Part shown: in pieces, positions 18,249 to 28,029 of the stretch | Layout of the letters: every line of letters begins with the position of its first letter | Numbering within the stretch: the first letter of the stretch is position 1 | DNA from: a virus | Length of the DNA: 64,000 nt | IMG/VR virus record: IMGVR_UViG_3300023215_003041 | Strand: one strand, 5' to 3' | Made by a program: the position numbers and the translations under genes | Notes under the pieces: generated by a model | The model's input: the letters and a program-made list of their open reading frames with translations, nothing else | Database searches by the model: none | What the model was told of the DNA's origin: nothing

Positions 18249-18695
18249 TTAATACTGAACTTCGATATCGTACTCATGAATATGAGCAACAGAACCGTCT
18301 GCAAATGTGATATTGATAGCGTCATTCTTGCCGCCCTCACTATCCTCCCAAACAATACCCTCCACCTTTACAACAGTTACATTATTACGAGTTGCAATGG
18401 CTTTGATTATGTCCTTATTCTTATCGCTCATTTCATGTGATAAGCCCGAAGCTAGAAAAGTATCGTTACCTTCATCTTTCTTAAAAGATACCGCTTGAGG
18501 CTGTTCACCCTCTGGGACCCCAGCGTATGAAAGAGCAATATCACTTAGTTCATCCAAATCCGTTTCAGAGTAAATTGCATTGTTAACTGCGTTAGATGCG
18601 GCTTTTTGTTCTTGCTCATCTGTATACACAAATTTATCAACGATTTGCTCAATAATGTCAGTAGTTACAGTGTTTCCGTTTACGATATTAGTCAT
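18249..18695 (-). CDS. acidic hypothetical protein (anti-defence candidate)
   Basis: 148 aa, D/E-rich; SD AAGGAAATC. Confidence 0.7.
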   Translation of the reverse strand: MTNIVNGNTVTTDIIEQIVDKFVYTDEQEQKAASNAVNNAIYSETDLDELSDIALSYAGVPEGEQPQAVSFKKDEGNDTFLASGLSHEMSDKNKDIIKAIATRNNVTVVKVEGIVWEDSEGGKNDAINITFADGSVAHIHEYDIEVQY

Positions 18696-18779
18696 TTTGA
18701 TTTCCTTTTTTTAAGTTAAATTCCTTTATGGCCAATTCACCGGCCATAAAGGCTATAATGTGTTACTCAGATAGTTTTA

Positions 18780-19133
18780 TCAATCCTGCGTTACTTCCTG
18801 CGTCGCCTCCCAAGCCTCAAGCACTCTCAGGCGCAGCGCTTCTGGTATCTCTATCTTACGACTACAGCTCGTGATATATGTAAGTGGAATCATATTTTCG
18901 GTAAATACGAATAGAGCGTTTTCTCCACGGCGGCGAGCCATAGCAGCACCAGCCATATCCTTCGGGGTATCGATAAATACCACCTCCGCATCGATATCCT
19001 TTAAGTGTGCTTTTAAAAACACCACCAAGCTAGGGTTCAGCAAACTTATGTAGGCTCGAACGCAATGAGGTTCGAACGTGTTATTGATTTTTCTTACAAT
19101 TGCTTTTTTGTCCTTGTCTGAAATATTCATCAC
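18780..19133 (-). CDS. hypothetical protein
   Basis: ORF coupled to the upstream gene. Confidence 0.65.
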   Translation of the reverse strand: MMNISDKDKKAIVRKINNTFEPHCVRAYISLLNPSLVVFLKAHLKDIDAEVVFIDTPKDMAGAAMARRRGENALFVFTENMIPLTYITSCSRKIEIPEALRLRVLEAWEATQEVTQD

Positions 19134-19567
19134 TCACCATCCCATGCCCAGTTACGTGCCTCGGGGCACACTTCTTCACGGGATACGGCATTGTCGGTGT
19201 AATTGCTAAACCATTCGGTCAGCGCATCTTCGTCCAGTTCGGCTAGCGCGTCCCAGTCATAGACTGTGGTGCTGTGGTGCTCCAAATAGTACCCGTGTTC
19301 GGCAATATACTCTTTACAGTGGTCAATCCATTCTTCCCAGTCTGAAATCCAGTCCATTTCTTCAAACCCTATACCCCAGCTACCTACGGGGTTCCCATCT
19401 ATACTGTGCAACGTGTCATTAAGCCCTTCAATGGGGGCGCCGGATTCAAGACTACCAATTACTTCTTTAAGTAATCTTACAATTTCCCAAGTGGCATTCT
19501 CGGTTGTATCAAAAGCCGCATCACCACTCTCGATATTTAATTCAAATTCTGCATTTGCTATTCGCAT
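19130..19567 (-). CDS. acidic hypothetical protein
   Basis: ATG 19567 after the leader; D/E/W-rich. Confidence 0.7.
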   Translation of the reverse strand: MRIANAEFELNIESGDAAFDTTENATWEIVRLLKEVIGSLESGAPIEGLNDTLHSIDGNPVGSWGIGFEEMDWISDWEEWIDHCKEYIAEHGYYLEHHSTTVYDWDALAELDEDALTEWFSNYTDNAVSREEVCPEARNWAWDGE

Positions 19568-19623
19568 CGTCAATCTCCAAATTTTAGTTAATTAAAAAGT
19601 GGTGGGGTGTTCCCCACCAAAGG

Positions 19624-20241
19624 TTAAGCTACATACCGAACAATTTTTGTGTAAACCTTACACGTGTTAAAGGTGTCACTAGGTAACGTCTCTACTTCCT
19701 CATAGCTTGGGTGGTCGAAAGACGTTGGTACCACTGCAACTAGAACCCCTGTGAATCGGAGTAACTTGCGTGCCGCCTCCATATGCGCTTTTACCTTTTT
19801 GAAAGGCGGGTTCATTATGATTTTTTCATAGCGATACCCGTTGTTGTAACGCGCCTCGGCCCAGCTTAGAAAATCTTCGTGGAAGATACGCGGGGTAACC
19901 CCTTCACAATCCCCCATAGCAAAACGAGACAGCAACGATTGAACTAAGGAATTGTCTTGTTCCACAACGGTTATTAGGTCCGCGTCGTGACCCCCAGCTT
20001 TTACCGCTTGAACCAAATTCCCAGTCCCCGCCGAAGGCTCAAGAACCTGATCGTCCGGTTCAAGCTCTAAGAGTTCCACCATACGTTCGGCCACCGCACT
20101 TGGGGTAACGTGACATTCCGTTGAGGCATGCACAATTACCGGTTTCGGGGTGTCCGTAAACTCGATAGGCTCGAGCTCGACTTTCGAGGGAGGTGCTACG
20201 AATTTAGGCTTGTTGGGACGGATATAAATTGACTTATCCAT
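19624..20241 (-). CDS. N6-adenine-type methyltransferase (small domain)
   Basis: VLEPSAGTG motif I, IIMNPPF motif IV. Confidence 0.85.
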   Translation of the reverse strand: MDKSIYIRPNKPKFVAPPSKVELEPIEFTDTPKPVIVHASTECHVTPSAVAERMVELLELEPDDQVLEPSAGTGNLVQAVKAGGHDADLITVVEQDNSLVQSLLSRFAMGDCEGVTPRIFHEDFLSWAEARYNNGYRYEKIIMNPPFKKVKAHMEAARKLLRFTGVLVAVVPTSFDHPSYEEVETLPSDTFNTCKVYTKIVRYVA

Positions 20242-21632
20242 TAGGCGTTCTCCACTTCCTTAGTCACATACTCAATCGAGGTTGAGTTCGGCAACGCATG
20301 ACGTTTCGAATCGGTGAGATAAACCGCCACCCATTCACCCTTCCAATAGTCCGCACCCTCGGGGACAATTCGACAAACCTTAGCTCGGAACTGGCCACAT
20401 ATACTAGGCCTAACACCACGCTGCTCGCTGTGCATTGCTGAATATTCCGCTTTCGTCATTGAGGTAATAGGATACTTATTAACATTACCCCACATTTTCA
20501 CCGTTATGCTTTTTACTTCTTCCGGTGACAGGTTAAGAATTGGCGGGGCCTTTGGCTTAGGCGCCGGAACTTCATACCCAACGTTATACATCAAGTCGCG
20601 CCAGTCTTTCGTATCCATTTCGAGCGTTGACCCAGTGCCAATATGAATCGGTAAGTCGTTCTCACACTCGACAATCCAACCAAAGTCGGACTTCGTGGCT
20701 TTGGGTTTATCCGCGCCATGGGTTCTAAGGAACGTCTGTAATACGGGGCCCGTGACTTTACCGGTGTAGTAATCGACTTCACCTAATTGAGCCCGTTCGT
20801 AAGTAAGACGGTTCAAGATATGGTTTATCTTGCGGTGTAACTTCGGGTCATTCTTACGCTTCTGGCCCAGCGCGATATTATCGTCGATAATTTCAGCCAG
20901 CGGTTTACTCTCGTTACGAATATGGTCTAACGTATCTGGAACACAAATATCCCAACGAAAGTTCGCGATTTTGAAAGCGAAAGCCCGTTGGCGTTCCGCA
21001 TCCTCGAAACCCTTACAGCGTTCCCAAAGCGAAAGACAATCCCCCGCGGCATGTAATTCTCGTTGCTTCTTACGCAAGTCCGTCAGTAGGGTTTTAATAC
21101 GTCGCTCGATAACATCAGGGCGGTTTTTGTGATTAGCATGTGCAACGGTACCCATCATCTTCCAGTTCCAATAACGAACCGCTGAACTCGCTTCCTTGGC
21201 GCGTTCCTCGTTACGCTCTTGCGCTTTCTGGGTCTTTTCCATTTTCCGCTGGCTGTGGTGGCCTAATAGAATAGGTTGATCACCAAACGACATATTGTTC
21301 GCCGCCGCACTGAAACCCCGCGCTTCATCCGCTCGCTTCTCAGCCAACGCTTTTAGTCGCTCAGCTTTGGCCTCGGCACGTTCCGCCATCGTGGTATCTT
21401 CGGGCTCGATCGTACCAGCCAAACGAATACATAAATCTTCGGCTTCGGGGGACCACGAGGGTTTAACAAACAGCTCTTGCTTAGGCGCCCAACCAAAACC
21501 TTGAGCTTTCAGCTCGTCGTAGAGGTCTTTGTCTAGGCGATTGAGGGGGTAGATACGCAACTTGTTGTCCTCAGGGGAGTAAGTGGCGCGTTCGATATCT
21601 TCGTGCTTTGCCGCAATAGTTTGATTAGTCAT
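20241..21632 (-). CDS. DUF3560-domain protein
   Basis: MAERAEAKAERL...GDQPILLGHHSQRK; typically paired with a methyltransferase on phages and plasmids; ATG 21632 after the leader. Confidence 0.75.
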   Translation of the reverse strand: MTNQTIAAKHEDIERATYSPEDNKLRIYPLNRLDKDLYDELKAQGFGWAPKQELFVKPSWSPEAEDLCIRLAGTIEPEDTTMAERAEAKAERLKALAEKRADEARGFSAAANNMSFGDQPILLGHHSQRKMEKTQKAQERNEERAKEASSAVRYWNWKMMGTVAHANHKNRPDVIERRIKTLLTDLRKKQRELHAAGDCLSLWERCKGFEDAERQRAFAFKIANFRWDICVPDTLDHIRNESKPLAEIIDDNIALGQKRKNDPKLHRKINHILNRLTYERAQLGEVDYYTGKVTGPVLQTFLRTHGADKPKATKSDFGWIVECENDLPIHIGTGSTLEMDTKDWRDLMYNVGYEVPAPKPKAPPILNLSPEEVKSITVKMWGNVNKYPITSMTKAEYSAMHSEQRGVRPSICGQFRAKVCRIVPEGADYWKGEWVAVYLTDSKRHALPNSTSIEYVTKEVENA

Positions 21633-21688
21633 ATCGTCAATTTCCAAATTGTAAAGTTAATTAAAAGCGGTGGGGGACTCCCCACCGG

Positions 21689-21916
21689 TTAGTTCTCGTC
21701 TATAAAGTCATCAGGGTCAGCAGTCACTTTCAACTGCACTTCAACACGCTTACCTTTGTGTTCGATTGTGGCTAACAAAACTTCAACGTCCACGCCATTT
21801 TCGTCGATATAGTCTTCGGTTAACTCACCAACAAGATTGTTAAAATGCTCGGACTCCGAACAAATTATTTGTCCGGCACTCACATCGTATCCAGGGTTTT
21901 CACAATGGTTTTTCAT
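21689..21916 (-). CDS. small acidic hypothetical protein
   Basis: 75-aa ORF. Confidence 0.6.
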   Translation of the reverse strand: MKNHCENPGYDVSAGQIICSESEHFNNLVGELTEDYIDENGVDVEVLLATIEHKGKRVEVQLKVTADPDDFIDEN

Positions 21917-22716
21917 GCCGCCACCTGTTTAGTTCTGCCATACGTTTTATGGCGGAGTTCTCGATACCCGCTACTAACCAAAATATTCTTAGTCTCGGAA
22001 GTGATAGACCACGTAGAACAGAACTCGGTGCGTAACCCGATACCCTGATAGTCTTTACGTGGAGCCCCAGCATTTATCATCCGGTCAACCACGAGCAAGT
22101 CGTGGGGGTAGCCTTTAACGAACCATTCGATTTTATTGCCAAATTCGGTCAATATATCTTCGAAAAACAACATGCCGGTATCTCTGGCCAGCGTGTCTTT
22201 AGCAATGACAAAACTGTATAGCGAAGCCAGGAATACATCCGCGTTTGCAATATCGCCACCCCAGCGCCAGTCGTTGTCTGGGTGTCGAGGGTCACGGGAC
22301 TGGCTTAAAATTGCTCTGTGAGGGTTAGCACTCAACATTAAGTCGGTTAAAGCTTTCGGTAGACTGACACCTCGGGGGACAATAAATTTCTTACTGCTTT
22401 GATGGAGCTTTACGCGCCACTTGCGAGCCGTGCGGTGGGCTAAGTCAATAAGCTTTTCACTCATCATTTGTAGCTTTTCTTCCCAGCTTAAAACTAAATA
22501 CTGGTCGGAGAATACGCTAACGGCTTGTTTGAGCTGGAAGTCAAAATCGTGTCTTAGCTTGTCGTGAAGGTCTTCAACGGTACCGGTACCATCTGAACCA
22601 AATCGGGAGGTGTTATCTTCTAAGAACTTCACAAAGCGGGGTTGCGTAATCGCGTCAGCAATTACAAATAGCATCGTGGCCGTAGCCTGTTTGTTGATAC
22701 GTTTAATATCCGTCAT
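21913..22716 (-). CDS. hypothetical protein
   Basis: ATG 22716 after the leader. Confidence 0.7.
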   Translation of the reverse strand: MTDIKRINKQATATMLFVIADAITQPRFVKFLEDNTSRFGSDGTGTVEDLHDKLRHDFDFQLKQAVSVFSDQYLVLSWEEKLQMMSEKLIDLAHRTARKWRVKLHQSSKKFIVPRGVSLPKALTDLMLSANPHRAILSQSRDPRHPDNDWRWGGDIANADVFLASLYSFVIAKDTLARDTGMLFFEDILTEFGNKIEWFVKGYPHDLLVVDRMINAGAPRKDYQGIGLRTEFCSTWSITSETKNILVSSGYRELRHKTYGRTKQVAA

Positions 22717-22775
22717 ATCGTCAATTTCCAAATTTTAAGTTAATTAAAAGTGGTGGGGAACACCCCACCATTACA

Positions 22776-23054
22776 CTACGCTTTTTCAGGGCGATCGAAC
22801 TTCTCACCGCAATAACAGCAATGGCTCGCAAGTATAGTGATAGAATCTTTCTTAAGATTCTTTTGCGGCGTACCGTCACGCTTCAAAGGACGGTAAGAAT
22901 ACTCAATCTTTGGGCTGGTTGGGGCGTATTCACCTTTGGCCAGCATATACGCTCGGCCTTGCCAGTCGGCTTCAAAGTCTTGAACGTTGTCCGGCAATTG
23001 CTCTTTAACATGCTCGGTTACTTTTTCCATTGTTTCTTCAAAACAGTTACACAT
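22776..23054 (-). CDS. hypothetical protein with Cys motifs (CNC...CCYC)
   Basis: 92-aa ORF with the leader. Confidence 0.7.
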   Translation of the reverse strand: MCNCFEETMEKVTEHVKEQLPDNVQDFEADWQGRAYMLAKGEYAPTSPKIEYSYRPLKRDGTPQKNLKKDSITILASHCCYCGEKFDRPEKA

Positions 23055-23072
23055 ATCGTCAATTTCCTAATT

Positions 23073-23324
23073 TTAGTTGTTTGCCATAGCGACTTGATCG
23101 CTATCATAAGTCGTAGACTCGTACCAAGCGTAATGCTTGAAACAATCGCTACTATAATCACGCTGCCAAACCCGACCGTTAGCATCTTTAATTAAGTACG
23201 GTATTCGACGACGTTTACACATAGCATCAGCGTGTTCTTGCGCTTTTTCTATCGACGGAGCGAAGAAATAGCTAGAACGCTGAACACCATTGTATTTATC
23301 AGGGTAACGTAGTTCGTATTTCAT
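23073..23324 (-). CDS. hypothetical protein
   Basis: 83-aa coupled ORF. Confidence 0.6.
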   Translation of the reverse strand: MKYELRYPDKYNGVQRSSYFFAPSIEKAQEHADAMCKRRRIPYLIKDANGRVWQRDYSSDCFKHYAWYESTTYDSDQVAMANN

Positions 23325-23653
23325 CCCACTACCTCACTTAACCCCAATTCCTCAGACGTTACCGTCTCTACCCAACCATCATCGTAATCAAGGAACCCGA
23401 TTTTGAATTCTGTGCCACCTGAACTCTGGTAACTAACCGTACCTTTTGGGTCTAACTTTCGTAGGGTGTCCGCCAACGAACTTAAAGACAGACCGCCAAA
23501 ATTTGGGGCCGGTCGGTATATCCCAATTTCGTCTAAACCTACCGTTAAAAGTACACCCTCGAAAGTTTCGATTGGACTCACCGAGCCCAGATGCGCATTG
23601 TTAAAAACACACTCCTGACTCGCCACAATGTCTAACAGTTCTTCAACTTTCAT
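23321..23653 (-). CDS. hypothetical protein
   Basis: 110-aa coupled ORF. Confidence 0.6.
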   Translation of the reverse strand: MKVEELLDIVASQECVFNNAHLGSVSPIETFEGVLLTVGLDEIGIYRPAPNFGGLSLSSLADTLRKLDPKGTVSYQSSGGTEFKIGFLDYDDGWVETVTSEELGLSEVVG

Positions 23654-24547
23654 TTACGCCACCAATTTTTTACTTTGTTGAAAATAGCGGTACAACTCAC
23701 CACCAACCCATTCGCTTTTCGGCACTGACACACCATTCCCAATCTGGCGATACGCCGCCGTTGAAGATACGGGGAAGGTAAACCAATCTGGAACACCTTG
23801 AAGCCTCGCATACTCTCGAACCGAGTAAGGCCGGACACCTCGAGGGAATCGCTTATCCGCCACTAAGCGGGTCGATTTATCTTTGGCGTAATGGGCTATA
23901 CACGTTGGCGCTAAATCACCTTTCGTGGGGTCGCTGATAATCGGAAGGTCACGATATTTACCCGTCATTCGCGCCTCGATAGCGCTAGGTAAGGTGACGT
24001 CGGGGTCCTGTTCCACTATCTCGGCTAACGTCACTGGCCGACAGTGCTTAGGAGGGCGAACTTCAAATCGATTACGCGTCCCAAAGATAATCAGTCGGTC
24101 CCTTCGCTGGGGGAGCCAATGCTGGGACTGAACCGGACAAAATACGTGAACATAATAGTCCGGCAATTTCGTCATGGCCTCCATCACCAGCGGGAACGCT
24201 CGCATTCCTGGCACATTCTCTACCACATAAGCATCGGGCTTTCTTATCGCTAAGTGGCGTAAAGCGTGAAGGAATAAATCGTCACCGGTTCTAACCCCGT
24301 GGATATCCCCAATCGTTGAATACTTGGTGCAAGGGTAGGTGAATACCATTGCATCACATTCCTCTTGGTTTAATACCAGTTCTTCGGTCAAGTCACATTG
24401 CTGAACATGATTGCCAATATTGGCGCGGTAAGTTTTCACCGCGTCTTTATCAATCTCAAACGCTTGATTGATAGTAAGACCAGCATTAATCAGCCCAATA
24501 TCCATCAGGCCAGCACCACAAAAATAACTGTTTACGTTAATTTGCAT
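23654..24547 (-). CDS. C5-cytosine DNA methyltransferase
   Basis: YFCGAG motif I, TYPC catalytic PC, ENVPG, QRRDRLI, RQIGNGV. Confidence 0.92.
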   Translation of the reverse strand: MQINVNSYFCGAGLMDIGLINAGLTINQAFEIDKDAVKTYRANIGNHVQQCDLTEELVLNQEECDAMVFTYPCTKYSTIGDIHGVRTGDDLFLHALRHLAIRKPDAYVVENVPGMRAFPLVMEAMTKLPDYYVHVFCPVQSQHWLPQRRDRLIIFGTRNRFEVRPPKHCRPVTLAEIVEQDPDVTLPSAIEARMTGKYRDLPIISDPTKGDLAPTCIAHYAKDKSTRLVADKRFPRGVRPYSVREYARLQGVPDWFTFPVSSTAAYRQIGNGVSVPKSEWVGGELYRYFQQSKKLVA

Positions 24548-24569
24548 CGTCAATTTCCAAATTTAAGAG

Positions 24570-25115
24570 TTAATTTTCTAAACTACTTTCGCGATTCCTA
24601 CGGCGCTTTCTCTCCTCGTACATATACTTCTTGGCTTGTTTGTCGCAGAACTCATTTACCGCTGAACGTTTATTGCCATACCCACTATGACCTTTAACCC
24701 ACTTCCACTTTATGTACTTAAGTTTCAAGTGTTTTAAGTTCTTACCCATAACAGGTTTTAGTTTTCTGATTGCTCCTTGGCAATCCGACTGGATTACTAG
24801 AACTTTTCCCTCCCAGTTAAAATCCGTGTTAAACCACTTACTGTTTTGTGCGTGGGTTAATGTATAGATAACGGCACAAATCTCAGCTTCTTCCGCGTTA
24901 TTACATTGGTCAAGAACCCCCCCTACGCGAAAGGTTCTAGGAGGGAATCCAAATTTCACCCAACCGCCAAAACCTCCAGCTTTTGTTTTGGGGCAGAAAC
25001 TAGCATCACAGAACAATGTAATAAATAAATCTCTATTGTCAGGTTTAGTTCCCGAGTGAGTAACAATAGGTGTTCTTTCAGTTACATCCCAAGGAGGGGT
25101 ATCCGATTCAATCAT
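24570..25115 (-). CDS. ribonuclease HI-like protein
   Basis: LFCDAS, NNAEEAE, IQSDCQ, KWVKGH, NEFCDKQAK catalytic pattern. Confidence 0.85.
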   Translation of the reverse strand: MIESDTPPWDVTERTPIVTHSGTKPDNRDLFITLFCDASFCPKTKAGGFGGWVKFGFPPRTFRVGGVLDQCNNAEEAEICAVIYTLTHAQNSKWFNTDFNWEGKVLVIQSDCQGAIRKLKPVMGKNLKHLKLKYIKWKWVKGHSGYGNKRSAVNEFCDKQAKKYMYEERKRRRNRESSLEN

Positions 25116-25135
25116 CGTCAATTTCCTAAGTTAAT

Positions 25136-26158
25136 TTAATCGTCTCTAAGTAAGTCAGAAACTTGTTTTACCTTTCTGGCATAATTAGCATAGTGCTCAA
25201 GACTTGGGACCTGTGCAATCGGCTCAAGCGACATTACCTCAGCCAGCGTATCGCTATTTTTTCGAAGCCAATCCAAAAGAACCTCACGCTTTCGAGCATC
25301 TGTAGCCGCTTTTGTTACACTTGGCGTCATTAAGAGAGGTAAATCATCTACGTTAAGCTTTTCTAATACGTTATTCTCTTTCGCTATACTCATAACGTGT
25401 CCCAGTGTGTTAGCAATAGCCTCCACACTATCTTCATCTAAGGGGCCGACCTTGAATTGCGGGGTAACACGATATTCACCCTCGGGTATCAACAGACAGA
25501 ACTCATCCCAAATTTCGAGAAACTGCTTATCTAGCAGAGCTACACGCTCATCGGCAGTGAACGCACTGGCCTGTTGAGGACCTGCCTGTTGAGGACCTGC
25601 CTGTTGAGGACCTGCCTGTTGAGGACCTGCCTGTTGAGGACCTGCCTGTTGAGGACCTGCCTGTTGAGGACCTGCCTGTTGAGGATATTGCTTCGGTTCC
25701 GAACGACGTTTGTGGAAACTAAGATCTTTACCGTTAATCACAAATATTTCACTACGAACCATTGAAAGAATATCTAAATATGATTCGGCAAAATCATACC
25801 CACTAAAAGCTACAGGTAGCGTGTCCTTGTGTTCTTGGTGGGCATGGTAAATGTAGAAACCTAGTTCAACATCCGCCTCGTTGGTGAATGCTTGAATAAT
25901 TGCATTCGCTGTCTCAGGACAAGTGATAGGGATCTCCGTTGATAACCGGTACTGTGTTATTTCTTCTACCGCTAACAGAGTTTCGTAACTGCCAGTTGTT
26001 GCAACAGTGGGTTTCTCAGCAAGTACCTTCTTCAACCATTCCTCGTGAGAAACAGTTAAATTTTTGAGCGCACTCTCAAGTTTTTCCTTGTTCCAAATAA
26101 TAATTTTGGCCGCAACAACCGCGCCATTTCCTAATTTCAGACCTTTTTTCATAGTCAT
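25136..26158 (-). CDS. hypothetical protein with PQQAG repeat linker
   Basis: ATG 26158 after the leader. Confidence 0.7.
   Translation of the reverse strand: MTMKKGLKLGNGAVVAAKIIIWNKEKLESALKNLTVSHEEWLKKVLAEKPTVATTGSYETLLAVEEITQYRLSTEIPITCPETANAIIQAFTNEADVELGFYIYHAHQEHKDTLPVAFSGYDFAESYLDILSMVRSEIFVINGKDLSFHKRRSEPKQYPQQAGPQQAGPQQAGPQQAGPQQAGPQQAGPQQAGPQQASAFTADERVALLDKQFLEIWDEFCLLIPEGEYRVTPQFKVGPLDEDSVEAIANTLGHVMSIAKENNVLEKLNVDDLPLLMTPSVTKAATDARKREVLLDWLRKNSDTLAEVMSLEPIAQVPSLEHYANYARKVKQVSDLLRDD
25569..25685. repeat. 15-bp tandem repeat (about 8 copies, GCCTGTTGAGGACCT)
   Basis: Perfect units, in frame (GPQQA). Confidence 0.95.
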
Positions 26159-26203
26159 CGTCAATTTCCTAAGTTAATTGAAAGGGGGGGGGAATTCCTC
26201 CCC

Positions 26204-26455
26204 CTAGAATAAGTTACTTTTAACCGCTTCACGGTTATGACAGTCAGAGCAAACCTTCTTGCTCGTACCCATCAACTCCAGCTCGGACTTAATTGCCCGT
26301 AGTCGAGAGTCGCTAATCTTCGACTGGCATTTAGCACAATAAAAATCATTGTTTTTCGGGACGAGTTTTGAGGTTGATGCTAACTCTTTAAGCATGCTAT
26401 TCATCGTGCAAATCCCTTTGAAAGTCCAAACGCCCAGAGCGAATTTCAACTTCAA
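26204..26455 (-). CDS. small Zn-finger-like protein (CxxC...CxxC; start uncertain)
   Basis: CAKC and CSDC motifs. Confidence 0.5.
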   Translation of the reverse strand: MKLKFALGVWTFKGICTMNSMLKELASTSKLVPKNNDFYCAKCQSKISDSRLRAIKSELELMGTSKKVCSDCHNREAVKSNLF

Positions 26456-26594
26456 CCGTGACCGAAAACTTTTCAGCTAAAGAGGTTCCAAAGTTCTCCG
26501 CTTGGTGAACGTTAGAGGCCATACACTCAGCGGCACAATGATTCACGCGCTTACCGCGTCGTTCATCGAATATAACTATTGTGTAATATTGCAT
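26397..26594 (-). CDS. hypothetical protein
   Basis: Start moved to ATG 26594, which has a GGAG SD. Confidence 0.5.
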   Translation of the reverse strand: MQYYTIVIFDERRGKRVNHCAAECMASNVHQAENFGTSLAEKFSVTVEVEIRSGRLDFQRDLHDE

Positions 26595-26604
26595 GTGCCG
26601 CTCC

Positions 26605-26832
26605 CTATTTCTTCGAACGCGCTCGAAACGCTTTACGTTTCTTTGCCGCTCGACGTTGGATAGCTGCACTCCCTTTAGGCTTTTTACGCCCTGCATAGTC
26701 TACCTTTGGGGCATACTTCTTAGCTAGGTTGATAGACTCGAGGTGTAAGGATTTTACTTTCTCACCCCACGCCCCTGAGACTGACCCCCCAAGTCCCATT
26801 ATACTCGCCGCTAGTAATAGAGTTTTGTTCAC
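26605..26832 (-). CDS. small basic hypothetical protein
   Basis: GTG start with AAGGAG SD. Confidence 0.6.
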   Translation of the reverse strand: MNKTLLLAASIMGLGGSVSGAWGEKVKSLHLESINLAKKYAPKVDYAGRKKPKGSAAIQRRAAKKRKAFRARSKK

Positions 26833-26857
26833 AGGTGTTTCTCCTTCTTATCGTCGA

Positions 26858-27118
26858 TTAATCGTTAGGTTCTAGGTCTAAATACAACTGCCAGCGGAAG
26901 CCGGCCGAGGTTACAAAAAACAACAGTTGGCCCGTTTGGTCGCAATAAGCCTCATCGGTGCAGGGCTTGAAATCACAACCCCGAAAATAAATCTTTTCAA
27001 ACTCGGCTATTGCCGTAACCCTGTCGTGATAAATCTTCAGGGGCCAGAAACTAAGAGCCTCATTATCCGGTCTACGACACACAATCATATGTACGTTCTT
27101 ATTCTTCTTCTTAGGCAT
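26858..27118 (-). CDS. hypothetical protein
   Basis: 86-aa ORF. Confidence 0.55.
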   Translation of the reverse strand: MPKKKNKNVHMIVCRRPDNEALSFWPLKIYHDRVTAIAEFEKIYFRGCDFKPCTDEAYCDQTGQLLFFVTSAGFRWQLYLDLEPND

Positions 27119-27986
27119 CCGAGTAATCCTCCAATCGTTCGTTCCAGTCCTCGGTGTAAAGCGAAAAGCAGATTGCTTGTAAGGCCGTATCGTCAGACAG
27201 ACTCACAGCTTTACCAGCCCCACCACAATCGGCATCGAGTGCTCGACTCAATTCATCAGCATCACGGATAGTCAGAACCGCAATAAACGCGGGTTCCTCA
27301 GGATCATCAGGCTCAACCCAAGTCAGATTTCCCATGATGTAGTCGTGAATAGTGTATTTACCTTTTACGAAGTTCATCCAACCCCATTCCGCATCATCTA
27401 ACACGTACTCAATAGGGGTACCCGAGCTTAACTTCTCGGGTATCTCATAGAACGCGATATCTTTATCCGCCAATATCTGCGGTGAGGTGTATCGGTGAGG
27501 TTGTGGCTGTCTTCTTTCTTTTACTCCCACGCGGCCATTTAACAACAGGTCGAGCATATGCTTCATAAACGCCAAAGCGTCGGCCGCGGCAGGTTCCACC
27601 TCTAGTAGATGATTGAACCGTTGGGATTCAGGAGGAAGATACGTTTCTGCCGCCGCGTGTCTTAGAAAGCGTGACCCCGCGACAATCGCATCCGCGACCT
27701 TGCCTATTTCATGGTGTAAAGCCCAATAAACACGCTCCGCCGCCATTCTCGAGCAGAATTCCTCGGTGTCGATACCTATGAAATTCTGAATTTCTGGTGT
27801 TACGGCCCCATAGCCAACGACACAAGCCGGAGTACCGCAGGTGTGAATATCTTTCGCGTCATTAGCTACCATTTCACTGTCAAAATAAACAACCATATTC
27901 AAAGGCAACTCAGCCTTAACCACTTCCTCCATGGTTTCTATTAAGAGTTGAAGCAGTGGAAAAGGGTTTTTCTGTTCAGTTTTCAT
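27111..27986 (-). CDS. hypothetical protein (paralog of 29884..30357)
   Basis: Shared IHTCGTPACVVGYGAV motif; leader. Confidence 0.7.
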   Translation of the reverse strand: MKTEQKNPFPLLQLLIETMEEVVKAELPLNMVVYFDSEMVANDAKDIHTCGTPACVVGYGAVTPEIQNFIGIDTEEFCSRMAAERVYWALHHEIGKVADAIVAGSRFLRHAAAETYLPPESQRFNHLLEVEPAAADALAFMKHMLDLLLNGRVGVKERRQPQPHRYTSPQILADKDIAFYEIPEKLSSGTPIEYVLDDAEWGWMNFVKGKYTIHDYIMGNLTWVEPDDPEEPAFIAVLTIRDADELSRALDADCGGAGKAVSLSDDTALQAICFSLYTEDWNERLEDYSDA

Positions 27987-28029
27987 ATCGTCAATTCCCA
28001 AATTTTAGTGGTGGGGAACTCCCCACCAG

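Noticed and set aside
25569-25685. Tandem repeats as a CRISPR array (also 9870-10150, 33698-33793, 44551-44679)
   Set aside because: No unique spacers; units are multiples of 3 and in frame within proteins; no cas genes.
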